This document shows, in pieces, positions 13,001 to 25,156 of a stretch of 64,000 nt of DNA. Position numbers and translations under genes: made by a program. The notes under the pieces were generated by a model. The model was not told the DNA's origin. It searched no databases and saw only the letters and a program-made list of their open reading frames with translations. Position 1 is the stretch's first letter. Each line of letters starts with the position of its first letter. This DNA is from Lama glama (lineage: Eukaryota), in the NCBI GenBank assembly GCA_028534125.1, contig CM052817.1:94242001-94306000 (forward strand). Direction: 5' to 3'.

Positions 13001-14833
13001 GAACACGTGGTATGAACGAGCGCATGCAGAACATCCCTGTCAGGTGGTTTTGTAGACATGCAGATAAGGATCTCAGGGGAGACATCCTGAACCCAAGGTT
13101 AAGATGGACCAAGTTGTGCTCCACATTAGGGAGCACACGATCCAGAGACTGACAGTCCGGGGTGAGACTGTTTTAACCCATGAGGGTTAAAGCACAATGA
13201 GCATTTCACCGGTAGTCAGTGCCCTTTGCTAAATGAGATGCGTCCTGTTGCCTTCTTTGTCCAAACCTCATCTAGCGAAAGCTCACTTGTAACTGCCTTG
13301 GGTCTAAAAAGCTGAGGCGCGAAAGAGATACTGTGTTGACTGTCAGAGTTTGATCAGTAGCTCCAGAGCTGGTTCATTTTTGCCTTTAATATTCTTATTT
13401 TTTACTCTTTGTTTTCACACTTTTCTTAAGCAGTCAAAGAAACATTCAAGTATTTGACTCCAGGCAGTAGAAAAGAAGTACTTACACCTTGAACTTTTTC
13501 TCCTTTCTCTCCTCATAAATAATTCTGAGCTGTTAAAGTATCACTTCCATTTCTGCCTGGAACATAAATGTCGAATTGAGCTTGGGAGGATATAAAGAAT
13601 AAATGTAAAGAATGAGGAAATAAAGCTACCAAAGCAGCATTTTCACGTTATGACTTTCGTCCTAAGGTCAGCTTTAAAACTTTGCCTGGAGTAGAAACTA
13701 CATGCAAATTTTATAATTACACTGTAAAAAATTTCACTTAACACAGTATATTTCTAGGAAGAAAATCAAGGAGTACCCTGGAGAGTACGTGAGAGGATTA
13801 GAGAAGTTTTATGTTTTCTTAAGCTAAAAAAATCACATCTTAAAAAACATGTAGATTTCTAAATATCAGCAAAAATCAGTGGGCTCTAATTCTGTCATCT
13901 AGTAGATGTCGACTCAACTTTGTAAATGCCAAAAAAAAAAAGAGAGAGAGAGAGAGAATTTGGTGCCATTGAGAATAGAGTAGTTTCCTGATTGAAATGA
14001 TGTTGCTACTCCAGCATCCAGGCTTCCAGTGGGAAAAAGTATGAGAAAACTGCTGAGTGTTAAACTTGTGCTTTTCATAAGGCTTTTTAGCAGTACTTGT
14101 ACGGGGCAGAGATTAAATGAAAAAAAAATAATAATAATAATAATAATAGCAGCTGAATTTATGCTTTCAGATACTTAAAGCTGGATAATCAGCAGTTCCA
14201 GAATCCAGACATCTAATCCTTGCAAAATGGTGTCACTGGGCAACCACTGAGTATCCAGGGGAAACAAATGCTGGTCTTGGTTTTGACCTTGGATTAGGAG
14301 ATGTGGTCGAATAGTTTCTCTGGAAGGGCTTTGGCCTAGAGGTGAAGGAGTAGTCAGACTGAAGTTTTTAAAACACTTCTGTCAAGTTAAGGAAGCAGAC
14401 CTTGGTACTTTCTTATGAGACGCCAAACTTCAAAGAAAAGATGTCCTTGAGATCTGACCCAGGGGTTTCATAATTTTTTATTTGATCCAATTTTCTATGG
14501 CATGTTAGAAGAATAACTAACATGACACATGTTTTTCCTCCCTTCCTCCAAATACAGATAACAACTAACCAGGCAATTATGCCACTAAAACCCTACCATC
14601 TTTTGTAATACTTTGCTTATTACATGGTTGCATGCAGCTTCCTGGTTCCCTTGGTACTGAGCATGAATGATATGTGTAACAAGACTGAAATCGTCTCCAC
14701 AAACAAACTTCTGTTTATGCTTTTGAGATCTAACATTTCTGCTCAGGGCTCTGTTGCTTTTTTTTTACAGAATCCATTTTTTTCCCATTAAAAAATAACA
14801 TTATATTAAGAGAGTCTTCTTTTTACCAATTAG

Positions 14834-14923
14834 GTCAAAGTCCTAAAATTTTAAGACCCAAACCCCATGGTTTAGAGCGAACTGATTCACAAACCATAGG
14901 TGACTTTGCTACAAGAAGAAAGG
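14834..14923 (+). CDS. GAB1: GAB1 90-nt alternative exon (long isoform), (G)QSPKILRPKPHGLERTDSQTIGDFATRRK
   Basis: aattag| acceptor, AGG|gtatgt donor; phase 1-1; matches the 30-aa insert of the longer human GAB1 isoform. Confidence 0.92.
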
Positions 14924-16622
14924 GTATGTACTTTAGCACCGCATGCTGGATGGGGTGTTGGGAATTTATTTATTCTGTGATTTTTTTTTAAAGTAAAGGA
15001 GACGAGTCTTACATACCATTGCTGTTGTAAATAAGCTTCCCAGCACGTAATTTCTAAAGTGAATGCTTTCCATAATACACAATAAGTCTTGTCATGCCAT
15101 TAACAGCAGCATGTTAAATATTTGATAATATATGATATTCAGTCTTGTCCTTTTGTATTATTCTTTTAACCTTTTAGACATCAATACAGTGTTTTCTTTA
15201 AACTTGTGAGCTGCTTGTGAGTTCCAGTTGTCTCCTATATTTATAGATAATGCATGTACTCTGTTCTGGGACAGAATATAAAATCATTTCAGTGGATTAA
15301 TTACTTTATGCCATTACTTAGAATTTGACAGCTGAATTGCTATTAGCCTTTGGGTTTCAAAAAAGTAAAAACTTAAGAGTTCAAGAAATACTTTCGGTTA
15401 GCTCAGTACTCTGTACATGTCCATTTTAAGTGGATAGATGGGCAAAATTATTTTAAGTCGAACTTAAATCAGTGTGGTCTTCAGAAAATCACATTGAGTT
15501 GTTTTTTGTATTTGAGTTGACAGAAATACTTAGTCATAAGCCCCAAGGAATCTACATAGTCCTTTAAAATGACTACGTATTTTATAGTTTGAAGGTAATT
15601 ATAACATAGTTGATTAAAAGTTCACATATATGGACAAAGGCTAGAAGGATACCTGGAAAAATGAAAATTTTTTCTTTAGAGTGTCAGGATGAAATGTAAC
15701 TAAAATATTTACCTAATATATTTAAATAGTCTCCTAAAATATAGTGAATATTAACAAACAATATTGTTTTAGTTCTTTTGCCCATTTCATTAATTTCTAA
15801 AAACCGTTTGAATGTTGACTTTAAGGGCCAAGAGCTCTTGGTATACACTAGAAGAGTAATTGTCTATTGCTGTAAAGCAGTAGATGAGCAAAGACCACTT
15901 ATAAATAAATGCTAGTAAGAATATTCAATTTATTAAATGATATTATTGGTTAAATTAAGCTAAAAATTTGAGGTAATTATTTGATTAAGGTCTTTTCTCA
16001 GAGCTAAGTTTGAGTAGAGAGATAAAATTTTTGCTTTGTTCTATTTGTTTCTGGACTAGACATGAATTAATTTAAGATTTGGTCATTAATTCTTTCTCAG
16101 TTTTTGGTTTTACCAAAGCTTTGTGTTTATTTCTAAACATCATTTTATATGAATAGTTGTATTACTCATGCTTCTGTGTTAATGATTAGGAATGTATTTA
16201 CATAGAAAATTAAATCACTGTGTTTGAGGATAAAATTAGTGAAAAAATAAAATAAGGAAATAATGAATAGTATAAATCAAATAACTGAAAGAACTGGGTC
16301 ACATTACTCGTTCTTATTCTCATTTAGTTTATATCCGTAAAATAGCTACTTAAATTAAAAAGCAGCAAGCTGTAATAAAAAGCTTTATTTAGACTTTGAG
16401 TCAGCAGTCATGAAACATTATCTGATTTAGCTTTTGCCACTCATTTTTTTAGCTGTGTGACCTTGGAGAAACCATATAACATCCGTGAAATTCTTTTCAC
16501 ATGGGAAACTAGCTGGTCTTAGGTGTGCTGTGGCTCTAATGTGTAACTAGAAATAGAGAGGATCTTGTTCTGGTTTTCAAATGTCTGTCTACTAAAATTT
16601 CTTTTTCTCTCTCTCATTGCAG

Positions 16623-16716
16623 CCAAGCCAGCACCTTTAGAAATAAAACCTTTGCCAGAATGGGAAGAGTTACAAGCCCCAGTGAGATCTCCTATCACTA
16701 GGAGTTTTGCTCGAGA
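16623..16716 (+). CDS. GAB1: GAB1 coding exon, (A)[30 protein letters not shown]
   Basis: ttgcag| acceptor, AGA|gtaagt donor; 94 nt. Confidence 0.96.
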
Positions 16717-16773
16717 GTAAGTCTTTATCAAATTTGTAGTTTGATTGTTCATGATAATGGAAAATATCTAGAA

Positions 16774-17101
16774 CAGTGGTCCCCGAGGGTGGTCTGGGGA
16801 AGCTCCCCTCTTTGGGGTCCTGTGAAGGCAAAACAGTTTTCACTGAGATACTAAGATCTCATTTGCCTTTTTCACTCTCCTCTCATGAGTGTACGCTGGA
16901 GTTTTCCAGAGGTGGCCTGAAATTTGATAACATCGTTGTGACACCTAATGGAGTGTGTCTTTGTGTTGTAAATGTTTTTCTATTGTTTATCACATGTTAG
17001 ATCCCAGTAGCTATCACCCATGTAAACAAAAGTACCTCAGGCTTCCCAGTAGTATCTAAGAGTGTAAAAGTTTCCTGAGTAGAAATTTCTGAGACCTGCT
17101 A
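16774..17101. mobile_element. non-autonomous hAT-Charlie (MER-type) DNA transposon
   Basis: begins CAGTGGTCCCC; flanked by atctagaa (16766-16773) and ctctagaa (17102-17109), fitting the 8-bp NTCTAGAN Charlie target. Confidence 0.7.
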
Positions 17102-17366
17102 CTCTAGAAGACTTGGTAGTTTCTCGTGGGGATTGTTTAATCGAGGTTCATTTAAATGTATATGGGGAAATGAAAAGAATGTACACAGTTCCAAAGCTGT
17201 GTTCAGCGAGTTCATATTTTGTATGTGGAATATATAAATAGGGATAAAATAGGAATTCTTAACTCTTTTTATATCTGTGACTTTCTACTTAACCCCCACA
17301 TCACCAGCAATACCTTTTTTGTTGTTCTGCACAAGGTAATTTGACGCTCGAAAATACCCCTTTACA

Positions 17367-17593
17367 GAAGCAGATTCATAGATATAGAGAACACACTAGT
17401 GGTTACCAGTTGGGGAGAAAGCAGAGGGCAATATAGCAGTGGAGGAGTGGGGGGTACAAACTATTGGGTGTAAGATAGGCTCAAGGATGTATCCCTACAA
17501 CATGGGGAATATAGAGCCAGTATTTCATAATAACTGTAAATGGAAACTAACCTTTCAAAATTATATCAAACATTGAAAATGTTAAAGAAAAAA
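17367..17593 (+). mobile_element. 5'-truncated L1 (3' UTR only)
   Basis: L1 3' UTR motifs (gtggttaccag, ggtacaaactattggg, ggggaatatag); 17-bp TSD gaaaataYccctttaca at 17350-17366 and 17594-17610. Confidence 0.85.
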
Positions 17594-17794
17594 GAAAATA
17601 TCCCTTTACAAATAGCTATAAATACACTTTGTGCATTTGAACATGTGCAATTAATTGTAATAAATGTGTACAGTGTATGACTATAAGCTTGAAGATTTCT
17701 CAAAGAATGTACACTATCACTGATATGTATTTGGGAAGTGAACTGGGGAATCTTGGTCACGGTGTATGTGTGTGATGGCCATCTCTGTGACTAG

Positions 17795-17918
17795 CTCCTC
17801 CAGGTTTCCCATGTCTCCCCGGCCGGATTCAGTGCACAGCACGACTTCAAGCAGTGACTCGCATGACAGTGAAGAGAATTACGTTCCCATGAACCCAAAC
17901 CTGTCCAGTGAAGACTCG
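17795..17918 (+). CDS. GAB1: GAB1 coding exon, (D)[11 protein letters not shown]...[15 protein letters not shown], with the third YVPM
   Basis: gactag| acceptor, TCG|gtgagt donor; 124 nt. Confidence 0.95.
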
Positions 17919-18574
17919 GTGAGTGGAGTCTGCCTTTAACCTCTTCCTGAGCCACTCTTCTGAATCACTCATGCTAGACCTTTCTTCCAAACTGTACACC
18001 TTACCCTTCTGTCTTTTTTTTTTTTAACTTAAAAGAATAAAATACAACTTTTTAAAAATGCTTTTTAAAAATAGTATCATAAAGTCTAAAAGCAATAAAG
18101 GGTCAAAATGTAGTATACATATCTATAAAGCAGAAATTAGTTAAAATCATAAAAGTGTTACAGTTTTTTTTCTTTTAAGATGTACTTGAGTTTTGAAACT
18201 TTGCAAGAAAATATTTTATACTCAGGCATTTTATAATCCATTTCTCCAGGCCCTATGTCAGAGTTCTCTTAGGGTGACATAATCTTATACCAAAGGTCTT
18301 TCATAATCTTTCAAAAATACATCCTTAGGTAAGGCTTAAAGATCAAAGACCTGTTAAAACCTGATTTACTTCAGTCTTGCTGTAACTACTGGAAGGCACA
18401 AGAATTCTATAATAGCAGTAAGCAATATGTTTCTCAGAAATCAGGTAGTTTCAGAAAGTAATACTTCAGATGTTTAAGAACTCAAGCCAGTTTTAATTTT
18501 TAAAAGTCTTTTGCTTTTGTTTTCCCTTAAACTAGAGTGAGTGCTTGCTTTGTTATTTATATTTGAGTAGGTGA

Positions 18575-19085
18575 GTGTATCAGTTGGCACTGGGGTCCCC
18601 TCTGAGTAACAGAATAATTAACAAGGACTTAATTTCTTTCTCACGTAAAAGACCGGAGAGTCAATCCGGGGTGGTTGCGGCAGCTTTGTTCCTGGAGCCC
18701 TCGGGGATCTCTGTCCCTTCCAGCTCTCGGGTCCACTGTCCCCTGGGTCTGGTGCACATGCGCGATAGAACAAGATGCTCCACCCCCACCCCCCACGCCC
18801 CCCAGCAGAGTCACAATCCAAGCTGCGGGATGGAAGGAAGAGAGAAGCAGCAAAGGAGGCAGCCTAACTGCCTCATAAAGAAGGTTCCCAGAAACTGCTG
18901 AGTACAAACTGTTGGCCAGAACTTAGTCTCTGGCCACGCAGACATGAAAGAGGCAGGAAACCATAGCCTTTATTCTGAGTGCCAGGGGGCCTGGCTAAAA
19001 ATCCCCTTCCCTGGGCAGAGGGGACAACAGATGGGGGGCACAACCAGGCAGCGTCTGCCAGGATAAGCAAATGTTGAGTGTCAAA
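18575..19085. mobile_element. old MaLR (MLT1-type) LTR remnant
   Basis: resembles recalled MLT1J/K consensus blocks (agtaacaga...ttctttctcacgtaaaa; ggccagaacttagtc). Confidence 0.5.
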
Positions 19086-20875
19086 CCTTGGAATGAACAG
19101 CATTGTAGTGGCTTTATTTTCTTTGAAACAGTTCTCTTTAGAGATTCAATTTTATCAATGAATTTGTTGTATGTCTTTAATGGACTTTAGGCAGAAACAG
19201 ATTTCTCCTATGTTGTGAAGAAACAAAAGTTAGTCATTTGAAAAGTATGATTGGGTCCTTGAATTAATTAATGTTAAAATATTAATCAAATTTATAAAGT
19301 GTTTAAAAATGAATAAGTTAATTTTAAAATATTTACATCAGCCCTTGAATTAGAATGCAAACTAAATATCAGTCATATTTTCACTAACTTGAAGGCAATG
19401 AGATATTAATTGACTTCTGCTTTTGGATTTGCTATTTTTCACTTTGATGGGTGGTGTTTTATTATTTTTATTAACTTAGTACTTTTTCTTTATTACAGTA
19501 AGTAGACTAGTAAGAGCCTCAGTAAATCCTCAGTGCTGAGTATAGATTGCCATCAATTTCATCTTCAGGTGGTTGAGGGAATTCTTTCAAATTACAAAAG
19601 TTAATTATTTTCTGAGATCCTAAAGAGTTTTTTATTTTACTCCCCAATAGTAAATAATCATAAAAATATTGGAAAGGACATTTAATAGGGGAATTTGAAA
19701 GTATGATTTGTTGTGAGTAGGTGTTAAGTGAAGGGAAAAGACTAGAAAGGAAACCATGACATTCAGAAAGTCAAAGGAAATGAAAATATAAGATTGTTCT
19801 TTTATATGTCATATGCTAAACCAGAAAGTTACTTTTACCTGCCAGTAGAAGTATCTCAATAGCCACCAGATAGTGGATTTCTAAAGTACTCAGGCCCTAA
19901 GTGTTAGAAATGAGCAGAAGCGTCCCAGTTGACAATATCCATCTCCCATTCACAACGGAGAAGTCAGCTGTGCCTTTCCTTCTCATCTTGCTACCCACCC
20001 AGGGGCTCATCCTAGCCTGAGCAACAGTTCCTAAGGAAGGAATGTGATAGTTCCAGCAGTATTTTCTGCACCTCTTGGAATTCAGTGTATGAATAGAATA
20101 CCATAAAAGTTCACAAGATCTAACATATGCTTGGATCGATAAAGTCAATTAAAAAAAAACAGAGAACAGGATGAGATTAAAACCTGGTTTATAAGGACAA
20201 TAGAGATTAAATTCTCTACGTTGAAATGTATAGAATGCATGCTCTTTCCTACACTGGCACTCATGGAGCAGACGGTATCTAAGGAAACAGTGAATTGGTG
20301 ATGCTGCCTATTCATTTATACAGATATCCAAAGTCAAGCATTCTTGAAATGAACCCTTAATGTGACACCTGAAATTCAAGCGATGGGACATTATTAAAGA
20401 CATGTATGTTGTTTGTAACAATAACAGCAAAAATCTGTTCAATAATTTTACGTATTTTGAAAAGAATTTTAGGGGAAAAAAAGCACTAACTATATATTAT
20501 TTTCCATTTAGTTCGCAGAACACTTATAATAACGTCTAGAATCTTGGGGTTTTTCTAAACTGTTTTGGGAAAACACTGGATTAAAAGGCTAGAACAGAGA
20601 CAGGCTGTTCCCAGTTGAGGTTAGATCAAGAGCAAATAGTCTTCCTTGTAGGAACACATATTTTAACCATACTTAAAGATGAAAAAAATTCAAGTTCTAG
20701 TAATTATTAGACCGAAAAGTTTAACCTGCAATTCTGAGAAATTCTCTTTAGAAATAATGTATTGAGATGAAATGTGTACATCATATGAACTCAAGGGTTC
20801 CTTTCATACCCTTGTAATACCATGAACAATTCTAAGTGTTTCCTACTAGGGAAATTCCAGGTATGGGTTCTGTCT

Positions 20876-20916
<41 letters not shown>
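20876..20916. repeat. compound (CT)n(CA)15 microsatellite
   Basis: direct read. Confidence 0.95.
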
Positions 20917-20920
<4 letters not shown>

Positions 20921-22480
20921 CCAGGTTGGTTTTTTATGTGAGAATGAGCTGAAAAAAATTTTCAGTTTTTTCATGAATTAGAAAAAAGTGGGGAGGGGAA
21001 TAGCTCTTTGTACTAATTGAGCACCAAAACTTACTTACATTTTTTGTCTCACATGTAACCATTAGTATTTTTTTTATGATTTGTTAGCAATAGTTGATAA
21101 ATTTGGTTTAAAAATCTGTTCCTGCAGATAGGGTCATCAGATTCAGTTGTGCAGGTTGTCCACTGCACAAACATGTCACATTCAGTATGTAGTACGTGCA
21201 GAAGACCACACACATACTGCGTTTGAGTACATACAACCCAGACCATGTCCTGCTAACCAGGCTGTGGGTCCCAGCGCAGAGCTGTGTCGCCCTCGGGGAA
21301 GGAGCACCTTTTCCTAATTCACAGAAATGTTTCATGCAGGCTGTCAGCAGCTCTGCTTTCAAATGAGGGAATAAACTCAGTGTTTTCCTAGCAATTGTCC
21401 TTGCCCTAAACCACAGTTTACTCTGTTAACCTAAGCCAAAAGAAATACAGTAGCAATGGAAAGAATCAACAGAACAGATTTGTGTCATTTCTACTTGTGT
21501 TGTTCATCCTAACAAGTGTAAAATTGTCAAGTTCATTACATCATTACGTTTTTCTTCAAAAGTATGAGATAACATGTGAACAATAATACCTGTGTGAAAG
21601 ACGGCACAAGGATGAAAGCCCCTAACGAATAAGTAGTGTCACCTATGAGAGTTCAGGAACATTCCTAGGTGAGGTTAAAAGCAACAAGGTATAGAAACAG
21701 GAGATTTGCTGGAGCACATTTAGAAGACTGTCATAATCAGAGTCTAGGGGGTATGTAGGGACATAAGTCCATGTTGTCTTTTCTTTATTTCGTTCTTATT
21801 GTTTATTGCTGCCCTTTCTCTTCCTTGTTTCTTTTTCTTTTCTTAGTGAGTAGTCCTCTTGCACAGTTCCTATTAGGAGAGAAGGGATAAGGCTAAGACA
21901 GAAAATTAAGTGGTAAAAATTCCAGATGTTTGAAACAAAATAGATTTTGAAGTAGAGTCGGTATTTCCAGCTTTTAGTTAGCATAAGCTTATTCTAAACT
22001 AATTTTCACATGATAGTCTTTTAATAAAATACAGAACTTTATAAAAAAGTTTAATTTGAGAGAAGGTAAGCTCATAGTCTTTCTACTCCACCATCTTGGT
22101 AGAACCCTAAAAAAATTTAATTTGAAAGTGAGGGATATAAGGATCTGGTACTTAGAGAATGTGATTGTGTACAGATACTTTACCAGTGTAGAAGGAGAAC
22201 TATTGTAGGTCACTGTAGCTGGATATCCCAGTCTTAGCCTGAACCAAGTCTTACTTTTCAAACTACTGTTAGCTTACTCTAATTGATGTTCTAACCAGTT
22301 TTAAAACTGTTACTTATTTTTCCCCAATCCTAAAAAAATCGTTTAACTTTCTAAGGAGACACTTCTTCAACCTTTGTCCTCCTGAAATTAATATTTAGGC
22401 TTCAGCAGATGGCAAACTAGGTAACAAGCGGTGTGTCTTACGAATGTTGGACAGTTGATTCTGTTGCGTTACACTTTCAG

Positions 22481-22603
22481 AATCTTTTTGGCAGTAATAG
22501 TCTGGATGGAGGAAGCAGCCCAATGATCAAACCCAAAGGAGACAAACAAGTAGAGTACCTAGATCTAGATTTAGATTCTGGGAAATCCACACCACCACGC
22601 AAG
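22481..22603 (+). CDS. GAB1: GAB1 coding exon, [11 protein letters not shown]...[18 protein letters not shown], with the YLDL SHP2 site
   Basis: tttcag| acceptor, AAG|gtaagt donor; 123 nt. Confidence 0.97.
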
Positions 22604-23019
22604 GTAAGTGAAGCCTCGTTCTGTAAGTACACTTAGTTCACATTTGAAACCTGAAGAATCGCATTTCCTTTGGGGGAATTTTATTAGTATGTTTAATTTA
22701 AGTTTAATAAAGTCTTAATGCTTTTTTCATAAATCACAGACAACGTTATGCAGACTGATAAATTTATTTTTTCCTTTCTAATGGTATGGACGTTATACAC
22801 TTTCTACTCTTTTAATGGTTACCATTGAAATGCTAAATAAATTCTAAAGTTCCAAAGTTAATTGTTGTCTTCGCTCCCTTTCTGTTGTCTTTTTTTTCCC
22901 AGCTCAGTTTAATCCCTACCTGACTTACTTGCTATTTTTGTCAAAATTTTTAGTTTTTTGTTGTTGTTACTGTTAAACCCATAAATTACTAGTAGTAGTA
23001 TCCTGTAGTACATAGACAA

Positions 23020-24130
23020 TGTTTATTTCCATTCTCTTACATTTTTACCAACTTTTTTATCCTTCCTTTTTGTATCTAAGACCTTCCTTCTCTAATTTTC
23101 CTTCCTCCTTCCTTTAGAAGTTCTTTTTGTGAAAATCTTGCGGTTTTTGTTTAACTGAAGTGTCTTTATTTTGTCCTCATTCTTGAAAAAGAACTTTTGT
23201 GGGTTTCTTGGTTTTGTTTTTTGTTTGTTTGTTTGTTCTGGGGTTTGTTTTTTGTTTTTTTTTTGTTTTGAGGTCACAATTCTTGATTGACAGTAAGTTT
23301 CTTTGGACACATAGGAGATACTGTTTACTATCATCTGGCTTCCGTTGTTCCTGCTGAAAAGTATGCTGTCAGTCTAATTCCAGTTCCTTTGTAGGTAATC
23401 TTGTCTTTTCAGTCTGGCTGATGTTAAGATCTTTTCTGTATCTTCCGTGTTCTGCAGGTTTGCTACACTGTGTCTAGACATCTAGACGTAGATTTTTTTC
23501 TTTATTTATCCTGCTTGGTAGATGTGTTGTCTTTATCTCTGGATTCATATTTTTTGTCAATTCTGGCAAAGTCTCAATCATTATCTCTGTAAATATTGTT
23601 TTTCCGCTATTCTTTTTCTTCATTCTTTGAGGTTTCTGATTAGACATTAGTTAGAACTTCTCAACCTGTTTTCACACCTTTTGTCACTCTTTCATATTTT
23701 CTATTTTATCATGTCTTTATGCTTACTTGGATAATTTCTTTAGATCTGTCACCAAGTTCTTCTGCTTAACCCATGTGTTGAATTTTTAATTTCAACTAAT
23801 TTTATTTTTCATTGCTAATGTGACATTCTGCTTGGTTTTTTTTTTCCCAGTACACCTAGCTGATTTGAATAGCTTCTTATTCCTTTCTTGTTATACTATT
23901 CCTTTTATTAAGTTTAATTTTTTCATTCCTTTAAACATTTTATACTCATATTTTACACCATTTATGCAATAATTTCAACATCTGAAGACCTTGGTGGTCT
24001 TAATCTGTGTTTACTGTTTCTGCAAACTCACATGCTTGATGGCTTGTTTCCTTGTGTGTTTCTTGTATTTTTATTGAGAATTGATTCTGCTGAGCTTATC
24101 TCTGAGCAGCCTGCAGAACTAAACTTCCTT
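23020..24130 (-). mobile_element. degraded old L1 fragment
   Basis: T-rich antisense L1-like text (aagtatgctgtcagtctaatt, ttatctctgtaaatatt); minus-strand peptide remnants like KETYCQSRI and KNEDKIKT resemble ORF1. Confidence 0.6.
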
Positions 24131-24630
24131 CAGAAAGGGTTTGTATTCGCTTCTGCTAGGAAGCGGGTGATGCTACCACCGTGGGACCACTTCAGTTCCC
24201 TTTGATGGTCCCTAGCCTAGTAGAAAGGTTTCCAATTCCATGTGCCTCCCACCAGGGCATCCTGACTGCACTGCTCAGATTGATGTTCATCCTACAGACA
24301 ACTGTCTTGACCCTTCAGCAGCTCTCTGCTCCATCCAGTTCCCTCACACTTTGGTCATGTCCCTTAATTTCTAGTGAGACCAGTAGTGTATTAGTAATTA
24401 CATTTGTTTTAGGTTAGCTAGTATCTTGTTGTCTTTTAGGAGTAAGAGGCCCATCAACCCGGGCAATTTGCCATTCTTGAAATACTCCTTTTCAAAAAAC
24501 GTTTCTTAGCTCTGAAAGTAAACACTGATATGTGTCCTTGGGACTTGAAAAAGTCAAGCTTAAGTTAAAGGCTAAGGAAGCAAGCTAAGATGAACCAAGT
24601 GTCTGTTCTCCCTTTTTCCCAAGAATTTCA

Positions 24631-24746
24631 GGGGAGAGTAATAGCTCAGTGGTGGAGCACATGCTTAGCTAGCATGCACAAGGTCCTGGGTTCAGTCCCC
24701 AGTACCTCCAATAAAAAAAAAAAAAGATTAATAAAAAAAAATTTGA
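24631..24746 (+). mobile_element. tRNA(Ala)-derived SINE (Vic-1-like)
   Basis: tagctcagtgg A box, ggttcagtcc B box, poly(A); imperfect TSD aagaatttca (24621-24630) and aaggatttca (24747-24756). Confidence 0.88.
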
Positions 24747-24997
24747 AAGGATTTCATCTGTGATGGGAGCATTAGTCTGAATTCTTAAATAAAGTAGTAT
24801 TAATTTAGGGGAAAAACAGAGTCCAATTAGGAGGGTGACAATATTGTTAAATGGAAATAGTTAATGTTGTTTTTTGGTGACCAAATATAATTTCAAGAGT
24901 TATTTACAGCGTGTGTGTCTCTGTTTGAAGATGGGATTTCACTCAGAAGTGCTCCTTCTTATGTGGGAGTTTATGGGGGTTTTCTTTGCTTTTTTAG

Positions 24998-25156
24998 CAA
25001 AAGAGCAGCGGCTCAGGCAGCAGTGTCGCAGACGAGAGAGTGGACTATGTCGTGGTTGACCAGCAGAAGACCCTGGCTCTGAAGAGCACCCGGGAGGCCT
25101 GGACGGATGGGAGGCAGTCCACGGAGTCTGAAACACCAACCAAGAATGTGAAATGA
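24998..25156 (+). CDS. GAB1: GAB1 last coding exon, [24 protein letters not shown]...ETPTKNVK*, with the YVVV SHP2 site
   Basis: ttttag| acceptor; TGA at 25154-25156. Confidence 0.97.
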   Translation, partial: QKSSGSGSSVADERVDYVVVDQQKTLALKSTREAWTDGRQSTESETPTKNVK

